In this document: positions 1-14,003 of the stretch, in pieces
Layout of the letters: each line of letters opens with the position of its first letter
Numbering within the stretch: the stretch's first letter is position 1
Sequence record: PP456879.1
Direction: 5' to 3' (one strand)
Length of the DNA stretch: 64,000 nucleotides
The notes under the pieces: generated by a model
The model's input: the letters and a program-made list of their open reading frames with translations, nothing else
What the model was told of the DNA's origin: nothing
Databases searched by the model: none
Position numbers and translations under genes: made by a program

Positions 1-20
1 CCATTTAAGGAGTAGCGGTA

Positions 21-5351
<5,331 letters not shown>

Positions 5352-5355
5352 ATAT

Positions 5356-5386
5356 AAAGCCCCCTAGGAACCACCTAGGGGGCTTT
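5356..5386 (+). terminator. intrinsic terminator hairpin
   Basis: AAAGCCCCCTAGG/CCTAGGGGGCTTT 13-bp inverted repeat after stop. Confidence 0.8.
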
Positions 5387-5490
5387 ATAACGTCTTTTAA
5401 CACATTATCCATATGAGACTATACTTTACAATTGCCGTTCAATACGGCTTTATTATGGCACATTAAAATAAGTACCTTAAAGGGCAGTGT

Positions 5491-7644
5491 ATGGACGTTA
5501 TACTTTTCAATAGTGATTGGGATAAATACTACAGCGCTAGTGTTGATCTTACTACTAAAAATAAATCTTTTATAAAGTTAGCCTTGACTTATAAAAAGAT
5601 GGGTATTAAAAATTACAAATTTATACTAGCTATATTGGACCAAGGTTTAATTGGGGTGGATCCATATGACCCTAATCTTAGCGAAGAAATGAAGTTTCGT
5701 ATTAACATGGAATGCAAATATAATCCTTGGTATTTTTTTAGGGAAGTGGCAAGAATCCCCCCTAACTCGGGTAATAACCCAATTCCATTCCAAGCTAACC
5801 GTGGTAATATTGCTTTATTCTGGTGTTATTTCAATCACGTAGATTTTGGTTTATTACAGCCTCGTCAGACAGGTAAGTCCGTATCAACTGACGTGCTCAA
5901 TACAGGCATGATGTATATCTGGGGTGAGAACACTAAGATTAACCTTATTACTAAAGATAACAAACTACGCAATGCTAACATCGAGCGTCTAAAAGTAATG
6001 CGTGATTTGTTACCAGAGTATATCCACTATACTGATCCATTAGATGCGGATAACTCCGAATTGATGACATGTATTAGATTAGGTAATAGGTATCTAACAG
6101 CTGTTGGTCGAAATGATGTTAACGCAGCTGATAAATTAGGTCGTGGTCTTACAGTACCAAATATGCACTTTGACGAACTTGCATATATTAATTTAATTGG
6201 TGTTTCACTACCTGTTGCACTTGCGTCAGGTTCAGCAGCTCGTGATGAAGCTCGCCGTGAGAACCAGCCTTATGGTAACATCTATACAACTACAGCTGGT
6301 AACATCACTACCCGTGATGGTGAATTTGCATATCACTTCTTAACAGGTGGCTGCCCATGGTCAGAGGAATTCTTTGATCTACCAGATCAGAAAACTCTAC
6401 ATCGTGTTGTAGAAAAAGGCACTACTGGAAAGAAACCTCTAGTTTATGGTGCATTTAACCACCGTCAATTAGGACGTACCGATGAGTGGTTATATAACAC
6501 ACTTCGTGAATCAGGTTCATTCGGTGAAATTGCCGATAGGGACTTCTTCAATATTTGGACAGTTGGTGGTGAAGGTTCACCCTTATCATCAGATGAGAAA
6601 GATAAACTTAAAAACAATATGCGTGAGCCAAGCTGGACAGAAATCACGGATGATGGTTATACACTTCGTTGGTATATACCAAAAGATGAAGTAGCCTCAC
6701 GGATGATGAAGGGTAGGTTCGTTATGGGTACCGACCCATCTGAACTTCTTGGTGAAGATAATGACGCCACTGGCACAGTTGTAGTTGACGTAGAAACACA
6801 TGAGGTTATGTGTGTTGGTAGATACAATGAATCATCAGTGCCATCAATGGGTAATTTCTTTGCAACAATGCTATTGAGATATCCTAATATTCTTTGGATA
6901 CCAGAACGTAAATCAATAGGTATATCGTTAATTGACCATGTTATCTTGATTCTACATACTAAAGGAGTAGATCCATTCCGGCGTATCTTTAACAGAATTG
7001 TCAATGAATCATCAGAAAGAGAAAATGATTTCAGAGACATTCAAACTCCGTTATCAACAAGACAACCATCGTTCTATGATAGGTTTAAACGTTATTTTGG
7101 CTATGCAACGTCAGGTACTGGCGAGTATTCTCGTGATAATCTATTTAAGGTGGCATTACCATCAGCAATGCATTATGGGGTAAGGACCATCTATGATAAA
7201 CCACTTAGCACGGAGTTATTAGCACTTACTATCCGTAATGGTAGAATTGACCATGCTAAGGGGAACCATGATGACTTAGTGGTATCATTATTATTAGCTC
7301 ATTGGTTATTAATACAAGGTAAGAATTTATCTTATTATGGTATCAATGTTCCCATCTTAGGTAAATCAAAATTACGTGATAAAGAACCAAGTCAACTTGA
7401 AAAATATCATGAAGAGAAAGAACAGCAAGGTCGCAAAGAATTTGAAGAGATAATTGAACAGCTTCGCGGTGAAAAGAACCCGATGATTGCAGCTAAATTA
7501 GAAATGCGTTTGAAACAATTGTCTAAACGTGTTAATATTGATGATAGCAGTGGTGTAGGTATTGATGCCATGTTAAATCAAGCTCGTACAGAGCGTACAC
7601 GTAGAGTGCGTATTAACAGATATTCTAGAAATAGTTGGTATTAA
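5491..7644 (+). CDS. terL: terminase large subunit
   Basis: Walker A LLQPRQTGKS, Walker B MHFDE, RNase H-like nuclease motifs GTDPSE and HDDLVVS; 717 aa. Confidence 0.93.
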   Translation: MDVILFNSDWDKYYSASVDLTTKNKSFIKLALTYKKMGIKNYKFILAILDQGLIGVDPYDPNLSEEMKFRINMECKYNPWYFFREVARIPPNSGNNPIPFQANRGNIALFWCYFNHVDFGLLQPRQTGKSVSTDVLNTGMMYIWGENTKINLITKDNKLRNANIERLKVMRDLLPEYIHYTDPLDADNSELMTCIRLGNRYLTAVGRNDVNAADKLGRGLTVPNMHFDELAYINLIGVSLPVALASGSAARDEARRENQPYGNIYTTTAGNITTRDGEFAYHFLTGGCPWSEEFFDLPDQKTLHRVVEKGTTGKKPLVYGAFNHRQLGRTDEWLYNTLRESGSFGEIADRDFFNIWTVGGEGSPLSSDEKDKLKNNMREPSWTEITDDGYTLRWYIPKDEVASRMMKGRFVMGTDPSELLGEDNDATGTVVVDVETHEVMCVGRYNESSVPSMGNFFATMLLRYPNILWIPERKSIGISLIDHVILILHTKGVDPFRRIFNRIVNESSERENDFRDIQTPLSTRQPSFYDRFKRYFGYATSGTGEYSRDNLFKVALPSAMHYGVRTIYDKPLSTELLALTIRNGRIDHAKGNHDDLVVSLLLAHWLLIQGKNLSYYGINVPILGKSKLRDKEPSQLEKYHEEKEQQGRKEFEEIIEQLRGEKNPMIAAKLEMRLKQLSKRVNIDDSSGVGIDAMLNQARTERTRRVRINRYSRNSWY

Positions 7645-7666
7645 ACAAAAAAAAATAATAATACGT

Positions 7667-7691
7667 TACCCTCTTCGCAATGAAGAGGGTA
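7667..7691. terminator. bidirectional terminator between convergent genes
   Basis: TACCCTCTTC/GAAGAGGGTA stem, A-tract on left. Confidence 0.8.
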
Positions 7692-7698
7692 TTTGAAG

Positions 7699-7965
7699 TT
7701 AAGCAACTCTAGCGAACAAAAGATTACTGGAGTTAGAATTAATATGATAGTTAGACGATCCGTCAATCCATTTAGCATCGGAAATCTTGTTTACAAGCTG
7801 ACCATCGCCAATGTAACCTAGGAAAGTTTTATTATCATATACAGCAATTTTGATTAGCTCATTTCGTCCGTAGACTAGTGGCTTACCATTGAATGCTGTT
7901 ACTTCTAAACCAGACATGTATCCATAAATTGGATCAGGTCTGGAACTTGTTTCAAAGACTTTCAT
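7699..7965 (-). CDS. hypothetical protein (88 aa, MKVFETSS...)
   Basis: AGAGGAG RBS 7 nt before ATG at 7965, preferred over track start 7983. Confidence 0.7.
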   Translation of the reverse strand: MKVFETSSRPDPIYGYMSGLEVTAFNGKPLVYGRNELIKIAVYDNKTFLGYIGDGQLVNKISDAKWIDGSSNYHINSNSSNLLFARVA

Positions 7966-8030
7966 TCGAAGTCTCCTCTGCAAGAAAGCCCATTTTGGGC
8001 AAAAATGTCAAGCTTAAACTTGACGACATA

Positions 8031-8058
8031 TAGCCCTCCTGGTGCAACAGGAGGGCTA
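8031..8058. terminator. terminator hairpin
   Basis: TAGCCCTCCTG/CAGGAGGGCTA 11-bp stem. Confidence 0.75.
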
Positions 8059-8070
8059 ATCTTTTTCAGA

Positions 8071-8226
8071 ACTTACGGTATTGTTATAATACTGCTAGCG
8101 AAAATGCCCACGAGGGGTAAGTAGCTAATCCGCAGTTCTCTTGGATGACACCTACTGACAGTGTAGTCGCGAATGCACTGTTTGGAACCCCATTGGTTTA
8201 GCGGCCAATGGGGAATTCCTTTTATG
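8071..8226 (+). ncRNA. candidate structured RNA, orientation tentative
   Basis: at least four stems in a non-coding gap; two G-U pairs favour the + strand. Confidence 0.35.
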
Positions 8227-8243
8227 TTGTCTCGACCTTCTTT

Positions 8244-8660
8244 TTAGTAGGCTTTTTTGTACTTCCATTTGTACAGTTGGTGCAGGATGAAACTCGGAAC
8301 ACCTAAAGCCAGTACACCTGCAATGGCCGTACCGACGATCTCTTGGGGTGTGATTGCATTGAACTCGGTGCCGAAAACAACCCGAGTAATGATAATGACA
8401 ATCAAACCGATCAGAGTGGTGATCCAGAGGTGCGGGTGCAAGGAACGGCTCAGGCGAAGACCTGGAGCAGAAACACGTTCCATCCGAGTTGACCAGGTGT
8501 GGTTACGGTAGTACATCATGTCAGTGAAGTAATCACTGTAGATGTGCAACAGTTCCCCGCGTTGGTCACCAGTACCATGAGCCAAGCCATGGTAATAGTA
8601 AATCCCACCATCCTCTTTGTGGGTGTAAAGTTCAGCATCCTTTTTATGTTGCATCGCCAT
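8244..8660 (-). CDS. hypothetical membrane protein with DUF1653-like N-terminus
   Basis: YTHKEDGGIYYYHGLAHGT...LLHIYSD...YYR pattern plus two hydrophobic helices. Confidence 0.5.
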   Translation of the reverse strand: MAMQHKKDAELYTHKEDGGIYYYHGLAHGTGDQRGELLHIYSDYFTDMMYYRNHTWSTRMERVSAPGLRLSRSLHPHLWITTLIGLIVIIITRVVFGTEFNAITPQEIVGTAIAGVLALGVPSFILHQLYKWKYKKAY

Positions 8661-8663
8661 TAT

Positions 8664-9227
8664 TCATCCCACCCTTTTACTTCGTACCGGAGTCAGTTGT
8701 TTGAGAGCATTGATGATACGGTGAACAGTATCACGTGCCAGTTCTCGGGTATGGAAGTTATTGGATATTTGGTAACGCAGTTCGACTTCTCCATTTTCAG
8801 AGTTCCGGTCGAAATCTTTTACGATGTATTCGCTATCCAGAATAGCTTCCACCATTTCTTTGTTAAGTTCGAACTCAGCGATAGTCGGTGAAACCAAACG
8901 ACCCTGAAGATTTCTGATTACTTCGTTGCGGAATGCAATGGCGCCTTCTGCAATCTCCAGTCGCTCTTCTGCGGAGATGAACGGGTTCTTCCAGAGTTCG
9001 GTTTCCATGGTAGGTCGAACAGAGGCTTTCTCCCATGCAATGCACCAGTAGAACCAACGTTCTTGAATTTCTTCGTTGGCTTTATCGAATGCTGTTATCG
9101 CGTTTTTATTACGGTGACAATCCAGAGGACGAGTAGCCTTCGGAAGCCAGGTGTCAGTCTTCTCACAGTAAACGAAACGATCAACACCAGGGGTCACTGC
9201 TTGGAATTCCTTCAATTTTTTGTCCAT
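8664..9227 (-). CDS. hypothetical protein
   Basis: 187 aa, GAGG RBS, tightly packed. Confidence 0.75.
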   Translation of the reverse strand: MDKKLKEFQAVTPGVDRFVYCEKTDTWLPKATRPLDCHRNKNAITAFDKANEEIQERWFYWCIAWEKASVRPTMETELWKNPFISAEERLEIAEGAIAFRNEVIRNLQGRLVSPTIAEFELNKEMVEAILDSEYIVKDFDRNSENGEVELRYQISNNFHTRELARDTVHRIINALKQLTPVRSKRVG

Positions 9228-9234
9228 GATGACC

Positions 9235-9570
9235 TCAGATATTTACCATGTTCATAAATTCGGTGTAGTTGTAGCCGGTATTCATATCGAGGTAGTCTTG
9301 TTCGACCATGTCGTCATTCAGGTACTTGACGTAAGCCTCGGCGTGAGCAGTGGCTACCGACTTGGTGAAGAAGTAACGAGCGTGTTGACGGTTCTGTTCG
9401 AACCGACGCAGATTAGTAGTGGCCTGACCGCCGAAACCATTGACCTCCATTACCCCGTAAACAGTACGATCATCCAGAGTAGTGATCTGTGCAATCACTA
9501 CACGAGAAGCATTTTCCGAATGGTCGATGAACGTCATACTGTAAATCTCGATTTCTTTGAAGTCTTCCAT
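9235..9570 (-). CDS. hypothetical protein
   Basis: 111 aa, AGGA RBS. Confidence 0.75.
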   Translation of the reverse strand: MEDFKEIEIYSMTFIDHSENASRVVIAQITTLDDRTVYGVMEVNGFGGQATTNLRRFEQNRQHARYFFTKSVATAHAEAYVKYLNDDMVEQDYLDMNTGYNYTEFMNMVNI

Positions 9571-9601
9571 TAGAATTTCCTGTTAAGAAATGAATAGACA
9601 A

Positions 9602-9621
9602 CCCCTACCCGAAGGGAGGGG
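9602..9621 (-). terminator. terminator hairpin (UUCG loop on - strand)
   Basis: CCCCTACCCGAAGGGAGGGG, one mismatch. Confidence 0.65.
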
Positions 9622-9716
9622 CCTTATATCGTTACTTGCTGTGAAGATTTTTCTCGCGTACAGCGTCTGTTAACTGACGTGGCGGGTTGAGTTGATCTGA
9701 CAGGAGCTTCCGGAGG

Positions 9717-9974
9717 TTATCCAGACCGATTACTTTCTTCTTGGATATTGAGATTATTCTCTTTAAGTAATTTGTTGAGGTGGTATTTAACCTCCACCCA
9801 TTCTAACCTACCCACGTCAATCCACTTCCGATAACCAGGAGCAGCAGGTTTGAGGACCTGGGTTTTCCAGCGCTGAAATCGGAAGTTGCCGACACGGATA
9901 TCGGTGCTCTCAACAAAGCGAGGTGGGAGTATACCGAGGTCAGTCAGTATCCCTCGTAGCTTGTCAGAGTTCAT
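9717..9974 (-). CDS. hypothetical protein, possibly frameshift-truncated
   Basis: 85 aa, TGATG coupling to upstream gene; +1 frame stays open to 9632. Confidence 0.6.
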   Translation of the reverse strand: MNSDKLRGILTDLGILPPRFVESTDIRVGNFRFQRWKTQVLKPAAPGYRKWIDVGRLEWVEVKYHLNKLLKENNLNIQEESNRSG

Positions 9975-10001
9975 CAGTAAGAACGCCTTGAGTTTCGAAC
10001 A
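9967..10001. repeat. 35-nt direct repeat copy 1 (copy 2 at 11062-11096)
   Basis: GAGTTCATCAGTAAG-aacgcc-TTGAGTTTCGAACA, 32/35 identical to copy 2. Confidence 0.85.
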
Positions 10002-10114
10002 CCGAAATGATCGATCATTCGTTGGAACAACTTGCCAAACGAGAACTTTTCATACTCGCAGTCGATATGGAGGACATCAACGGTGTCCACCGGTGGATTA
10101 TAACTACTGCTCAT
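9974..10114 (-). CDS. hypothetical protein (46 aa, MSSSYNPP...)
   Basis: internal ATG of track ORF 9974..10189; coupled to both neighbours. Confidence 0.5.
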   Translation of the reverse strand: MSSSYNPPVDTVDVLHIDCEYEKFSFGKLFQRMIDHFGVRNSRRSY

Positions 10115-10442
10115 TGGCCATCTCCTTACGTTTGTTTTTGGCCCAGTTCTTTTCATAATCGGAACGGATGAACTTAGCGCCGGCGGCATTTAGCCAGTAA
10201 CGCTCCCCTTTGAAATAACGTTCTCGTTTAGCACGGGTCAAGCGAAGAGGATCGAACATATCTTGTTCCTGACACATGAATCGATTACGCAAGAAGCAGT
10301 TATCATTCAGGATTCGAACCGAGTACAGTTGACCAAGCCGGCAGTTAGCCAACTCAGCTTTCTCGGTACGTAGCCGAGTTTCGTATTTCTTTGCATCTTC
10401 GTGATGATTGCGAGGATGTTTCTTTCCAAGTTTCCTAGACAT
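10104..10442 (-). CDS. basic hypothetical protein
   Basis: 112 aa, K/R-rich, AGGA RBS. Confidence 0.7.
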   Translation of the reverse strand: MSRKLGKKHPRNHHEDAKKYETRLRTEKAELANCRLGQLYSVRILNDNCFLRNRFMCQEQDMFDPLRLTRAKRERYFKGERYWLNAAGAKFIRSDYEKNWAKNKRKEMANEQ

Positions 10443-10453
10443 TATGTTTTTTC

Positions 10454-10759
10454 CTATTCTGTTGTTTTACGAAAAATCTTATCATGGAACGTCATTGCCA
10501 ACACGACGCCTATCGAACCACCTAGACCGCTGGATATGATAGCAGGAAGACCCACTATTACAAATAGTCCAATGGTGGTCAACTCAAGGGTACTGATACC
10601 CCATGAGGTGAAGAAAGCAGCTTTTTTGTACCCATGAAAGATGTTTCTTTGTTGAAAGGTTTTTACAAAGGCATAGATGAATGATGTAGCTGTACTTAAC
10701 AGTAGTAATATCCAGATAGGTAGATCATGATTAATGTTAATCACTTCTCTTGTTCCCAC
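10454..10759 (-). CDS. hypothetical membrane protein
   Basis: 101 aa with about three hydrophobic segments; start uncertain. Confidence 0.6.
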   Translation of the reverse strand: MGTREVININHDLPIWILLLLSTATSFIYAFVKTFQQRNIFHGYKKAAFFTSWGISTLELTTIGLFVIVGLPAIISSGLGGSIGVVLAMTFHDKIFRKTTE

Positions 10760-10809
10760 ACGGTGGGCTCACATTTAGTATGTTGGACATTATGAATATC
10801 TTCCAGTTG

Positions 10810-11097
10810 TTAGATATTGTGTTCCTTCGTATCGATGGCCGCCAGCGCCACGATTTCGACATGATAAGGATGATCCACATTATGGCTGATACATGCCTCG
10901 CATTTGAAGATACGCCACATTCCATACGAAGGTAGTTCACGGTTTTTCAAATAAGCATAATCGTGAGCGGCCGCAAGATATTTTTGTTGGATGGAAAACT
11001 CACAAGTAATGTAACCTTTCTCACGAATGAATTCATTGGTCATCTGATCGAAGATCTGTTTGAGTTCATCAGTAAGGGCGACTTGAGTTTCGAACAT
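10810..11097 (-). CDS. hypothetical protein
   Basis: 95 aa, AAAGGA RBS. Confidence 0.75.
   Translation of the reverse strand: MFETQVALTDELKQIFDQMTNEFIREKGYITCEFSIQQKYLAAAHDYAYLKNRELPSYGMWRIFKCEACISHNVDHPYHVEIVALAAIDTKEHNI
11062..11096. repeat. 35-nt direct repeat copy 2
   Basis: GAGTTCATCAGTAAG-ggcgac-TTGAGTTTCGAACA. Confidence 0.85.
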
Positions 11098-11154
11098 TGA
11101 AAGTTTCCTTTTGATATATTAAATAGTTTTGATTATTTCGGAGTTATTGAATAT

Positions 11155-11373
11155 TTAGGTTACCATCTGCTCTATATAAACTCGGCTGATTTCATTTAAG
11201 TAAGCGAGTGCCAATAGAATACCAGCCCAAATAACAATTTTTCGAGTAGTCTGTTTTTCTATTACACCTGGGTGTGATTCACGAATACTACGGTGACAAA
11301 ATACATAAAACAGACACAGACTCATTGTAACAAAGATAATGGTAAACCATCCTAGATAGATCATTTTCTTCAC
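11155..11373 (-). CDS. small 2-TM membrane protein
   Basis: 72 aa, two hydrophobic helices, AGGTG RBS. Confidence 0.7.
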   Translation of the reverse strand: MKKMIYLGWFTIIFVTMSLCLFYVFCHRSIRESHPGVIEKQTTRKIVIWAGILLALAYLNEISRVYIEQMVT

Positions 11374-11392
11374 CTATTTTTATAAATAGAGT

Positions 11393-11722
11393 TTATAGTT
11401 TAGTCAGGCGGATGATTTCTTCTAAAGCTGCATCAACTTGATAATACGGCCATGAATCAACACGAGGTTCGTTATCAAAGTATGTCCAAAGTTGAATACC
11501 TTGGAGTTTATTGTAGAATACCTTGATTCTGATTCCTTCATGGCCAACAAGACCTTCAATGTAAGCTGCACCATGCACATACGTAACATGTAGTGCGTAC
11601 TCGCTATCTTCACCAGCGTATTGCATAGGTCTGGAGTAGATGAAGGAATAAGGATTAAATGGATCAGCCTGAGTGATATGTTCGAAGAATTCTTTCAAAC
11701 TAGATTTTTTCATATTGGACAT
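11393..11722 (-). CDS. hypothetical protein
   Basis: 109 aa, GAGGA RBS. Confidence 0.75.
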   Translation of the reverse strand: MSNMKKSSLKEFFEHITQADPFNPYSFIYSRPMQYAGEDSEYALHVTYVHGAAYIEGLVGHEGIRIKVFYNKLQGIQLWTYFDNEPRVDSWPYYQVDAALEEIIRLTKL

Positions 11723-11784
11723 TATATTTTCCTCATGATTTATTAAGTCTACCTCCTAGAAGATAGACTTAATACTATTCGATG

Positions 11785-12177
11785 TTATTTTAAGACGCCT
11801 GCCTTGTAACCTTTAACAACAGTTCTAGCTTCTAATGCACTGATTTCGCCAATGTGTTTACGCAGTGCTTTAATAGCGTTGATGGTAGGTTCATTATCCG
11901 CGATATGTCGCCAGTTTCCCTTACCCTTAATGAGTTCAACATCCTGGACATATAGGCCATCTTTAACTAGATCCATTGTTTCCACCAACTTTTCGACTTC
12001 TTTAGTTAGATGCGTATGAAGACTGGCGAGGGACATGTCAGTCATTTGATGCACATCATAGAGAAAATCCCTATTATCAGAAGACGATAAAATCTCTTTG
12101 GTGAGTTTATTTACAGTGTCAATGTTTGCTGCAATTGAAACTAGCAGTGCGGTATATTTCTCTGCATTATAATTCAT
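11785..12177 (-). CDS. hypothetical protein with ribosomal bL12 CTD-like C-terminus
   Basis: INAIKALRKHIGEISALEARTVV matches the AIK..R...G..L.EA...V pattern. Confidence 0.45.
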   Translation of the reverse strand: MNYNAEKYTALLVSIAANIDTVNKLTKEILSSSDNRDFLYDVHQMTDMSLASLHTHLTKEVEKLVETMDLVKDGLYVQDVELIKGKGNWRHIADNEPTINAIKALRKHIGEISALEARTVVKGYKAGVLK

Positions 12178-12205
12178 TAATACGTATTCCTATTTAAAAT
12201 TGGAT

Positions 12206-12349
12206 TTAGTGCAATGCAGTAATACTGCGAATATCTAATTCATGTAAATCATATTTCTTTAGGAACTCATTCACCGCTTGCTGAATGGTGTACCCACTCG
12301 GAGATTCCCACTGAGTACCATTAAAAGCAATAATACGATAACCTACCAT
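12206..12349 (-). CDS. small protein (47 aa, MVGYRIIAFNG...), below track cutoff
   Basis: hand-translated; GAGGA RBS. Confidence 0.6.
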   Translation of the reverse strand: MVGYRIIAFNGTQWESPSGYTIQQAVNEFLKKYDLHELDIRSITALH

Positions 12350-12373
12350 TTTTTATTCCTCTAATCACAAAAT

Positions 12374-12399
12374 AAATACCCTCCCGAAGGAGGGTATTT
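12374..12399 (-). terminator. terminator hairpin
   Basis: AAATACCCTCC-CGAA-GGAGGGTATTT. Confidence 0.8.
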
Positions 12400-12405
12400 A
12401 TATCG

Positions 12406-12885
12406 TTACCAATTGATTACAGCGACAAACTCAAATACCCGACACAATTCTTTATCACGATGGGCATGATGAAAAGATTTACCTTCAATACCGCAATACG
12501 GATAAAACAATTTTCGGTGTTCCGTGTCGCCGAACCAGAAGGTGGTGTTATTGGAATCAACCACACCATGGATAGCCACATCACGAATGTACTGAAATAC
12601 ATGAACTGCTTTATCAGTGATCACTCGCAGTTCTACACCGTGTTCCTTCATCATAGCCAGGATGTCTTCCTTGGTGTAATCTGCTTGTTCAGCATTGGTC
12701 ATGATCTTGTGAGTCAGAGAACGCTTTTCCTTGTCACCGAAACAGATACAGACCAATTGCACCAACTGACCTTCTACCTTGAGACCACTGGTCGGTTTTA
12801 GTAGAACGAACTCATCATATTTGTAATCATTGGTGACAATCAGTGCCGACTTATTGCGAGTGACAATACCTAAGCTATACGACAT
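12406..12885 (-). CDS. hypothetical protein
   Basis: 159 aa, AAGGA RBS. Confidence 0.75.
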   Translation of the reverse strand: MSYSLGIVTRNKSALIVTNDYKYDEFVLLKPTSGLKVEGQLVQLVCICFGDKEKRSLTHKIMTNAEQADYTKEDILAMMKEHGVELRVITDKAVHVFQYIRDVAIHGVVDSNNTTFWFGDTEHRKLFYPYCGIEGKSFHHAHRDKELCRVFEFVAVINW

Positions 12886-12897
12886 AATTAATTTTCC

Positions 12898-13899
12898 TTA
12901 TTTTAGAGTATGTTGGACCTTGTGGATGTCTTCCAGGCTAGTACCCAGACCAGAAGCCATGTAGATATGTTCCTGGTCTACACGCTTGTGGAAACCAAGC
13001 AGAGCATCTACCGGATTTTCAATAGGGAAGTATTCAGTGTTGTTGCAGTCCCAAGCGAACTCCCATTCTCCATCACGAATTTCTATTTTGTTAGCACTGA
13101 GGTAAGTGATATTGATGGTATTTACAGTGGCATTACTACCAATGAGGTAGTACGATCCTTCATTGCTACGAACATCGATCCTGCCGCCGTCGATAGTATC
13201 CTGATAGTAGAAACCACGGTCGAAGAATAACTTCAGCATCGAAGTGAAGTAGCTGTTCAATACAGCTTGAGCATCTTTCTCTTCGACCATCCATTTTCCA
13301 TCAACGATGTTATTCAGGTAATTACGATCATGATTGATCCCGACATTATCCACGATGTCAGCGTAGTTCTTATGGAACTTAGCAATCTCGTACAAACGTT
13401 CCAGAGCAGCAAAACGGAAAGGGCTGGTGGGATGCAGAGCCAGAATGATCCGACCTACGCTCCACAAACCGGTCCCGTTGACCTCGTAACTTTCTTCGAG
13501 GTAACCTTTGATACCACAGTTAACTTCAAGTTCATCTGCTGGGAAACCGGTGCGGAGCCGCCTACGGATAGCCAATAGTACCGATTCGGATTCTTCCGGA
13601 TCGAACAGGTCTATGCCGAAAGTAATCCAGCTACCACGTACTTTGTGCTGGTATGCCAGGCGTACAGTATCACCAAATGGAGAAATGAACCAGCGTTCGT
13701 CTTCCGATACGACCAAATGGCAACCACATTGCCACAGGGTACTTAGAGGATCGTTAGAGGCGAGAATGCGCTTGGTGTCGTTCATATCCGACGAAGTAGC
13801 ATCTGGACTGCCATGTAGGTGTGTCAGAATAAACAGAAGCGATGATTCTGTAGTTTGAGCACTCAACATTGCGCGAGTGATGGTTGCATTGATGATCAT
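12898..13899 (-). CDS. hypothetical protein
   Basis: 333 aa, AAAGGAAG RBS. Confidence 0.8.
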   Translation of the reverse strand: MIINATITRAMLSAQTTESSLLFILTHLHGSPDATSSDMNDTKRILASNDPLSTLWQCGCHLVVSEDERWFISPFGDTVRLAYQHKVRGSWITFGIDLFDPEESESVLLAIRRRLRTGFPADELEVNCGIKGYLEESYEVNGTGLWSVGRIILALHPTSPFRFAALERLYEIAKFHKNYADIVDNVGINHDRNYLNNIVDGKWMVEEKDAQAVLNSYFTSMLKLFFDRGFYYQDTIDGGRIDVRSNEGSYYLIGSNATVNTINITYLSANKIEIRDGEWEFAWDCNNTEYFPIENPVDALLGFHKRVDQEHIYMASGLGTSLEDIHKVQHTLK

Positions 13900-13970
13900 G
13901 AGATATCTTCCTTTTTACAGTTTATGAATATATTGCTAAATAAAAAAATATTACGATGTAGAAAATAAAA

Positions 13971-13988
13971 GGGAGTCCGAAGACTCCC
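13971..13988 (-). terminator. terminator hairpin
   Basis: GGGAGTC-CGAA-GACTCCC with A-tract on left. Confidence 0.75.
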
Positions 13989-14003
13989 ATTATTGCGTGT
14001 AAT

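Noticed and set aside
8082-8090. Perfect extended -10 TGnTATAAT as a host sigma70 promoter
   Set aside because: There is no -35, it lies inside a stem, and phiKZ-like phages transcribe with their own RNAPs; it is likely by chance in AT-rich DNA.
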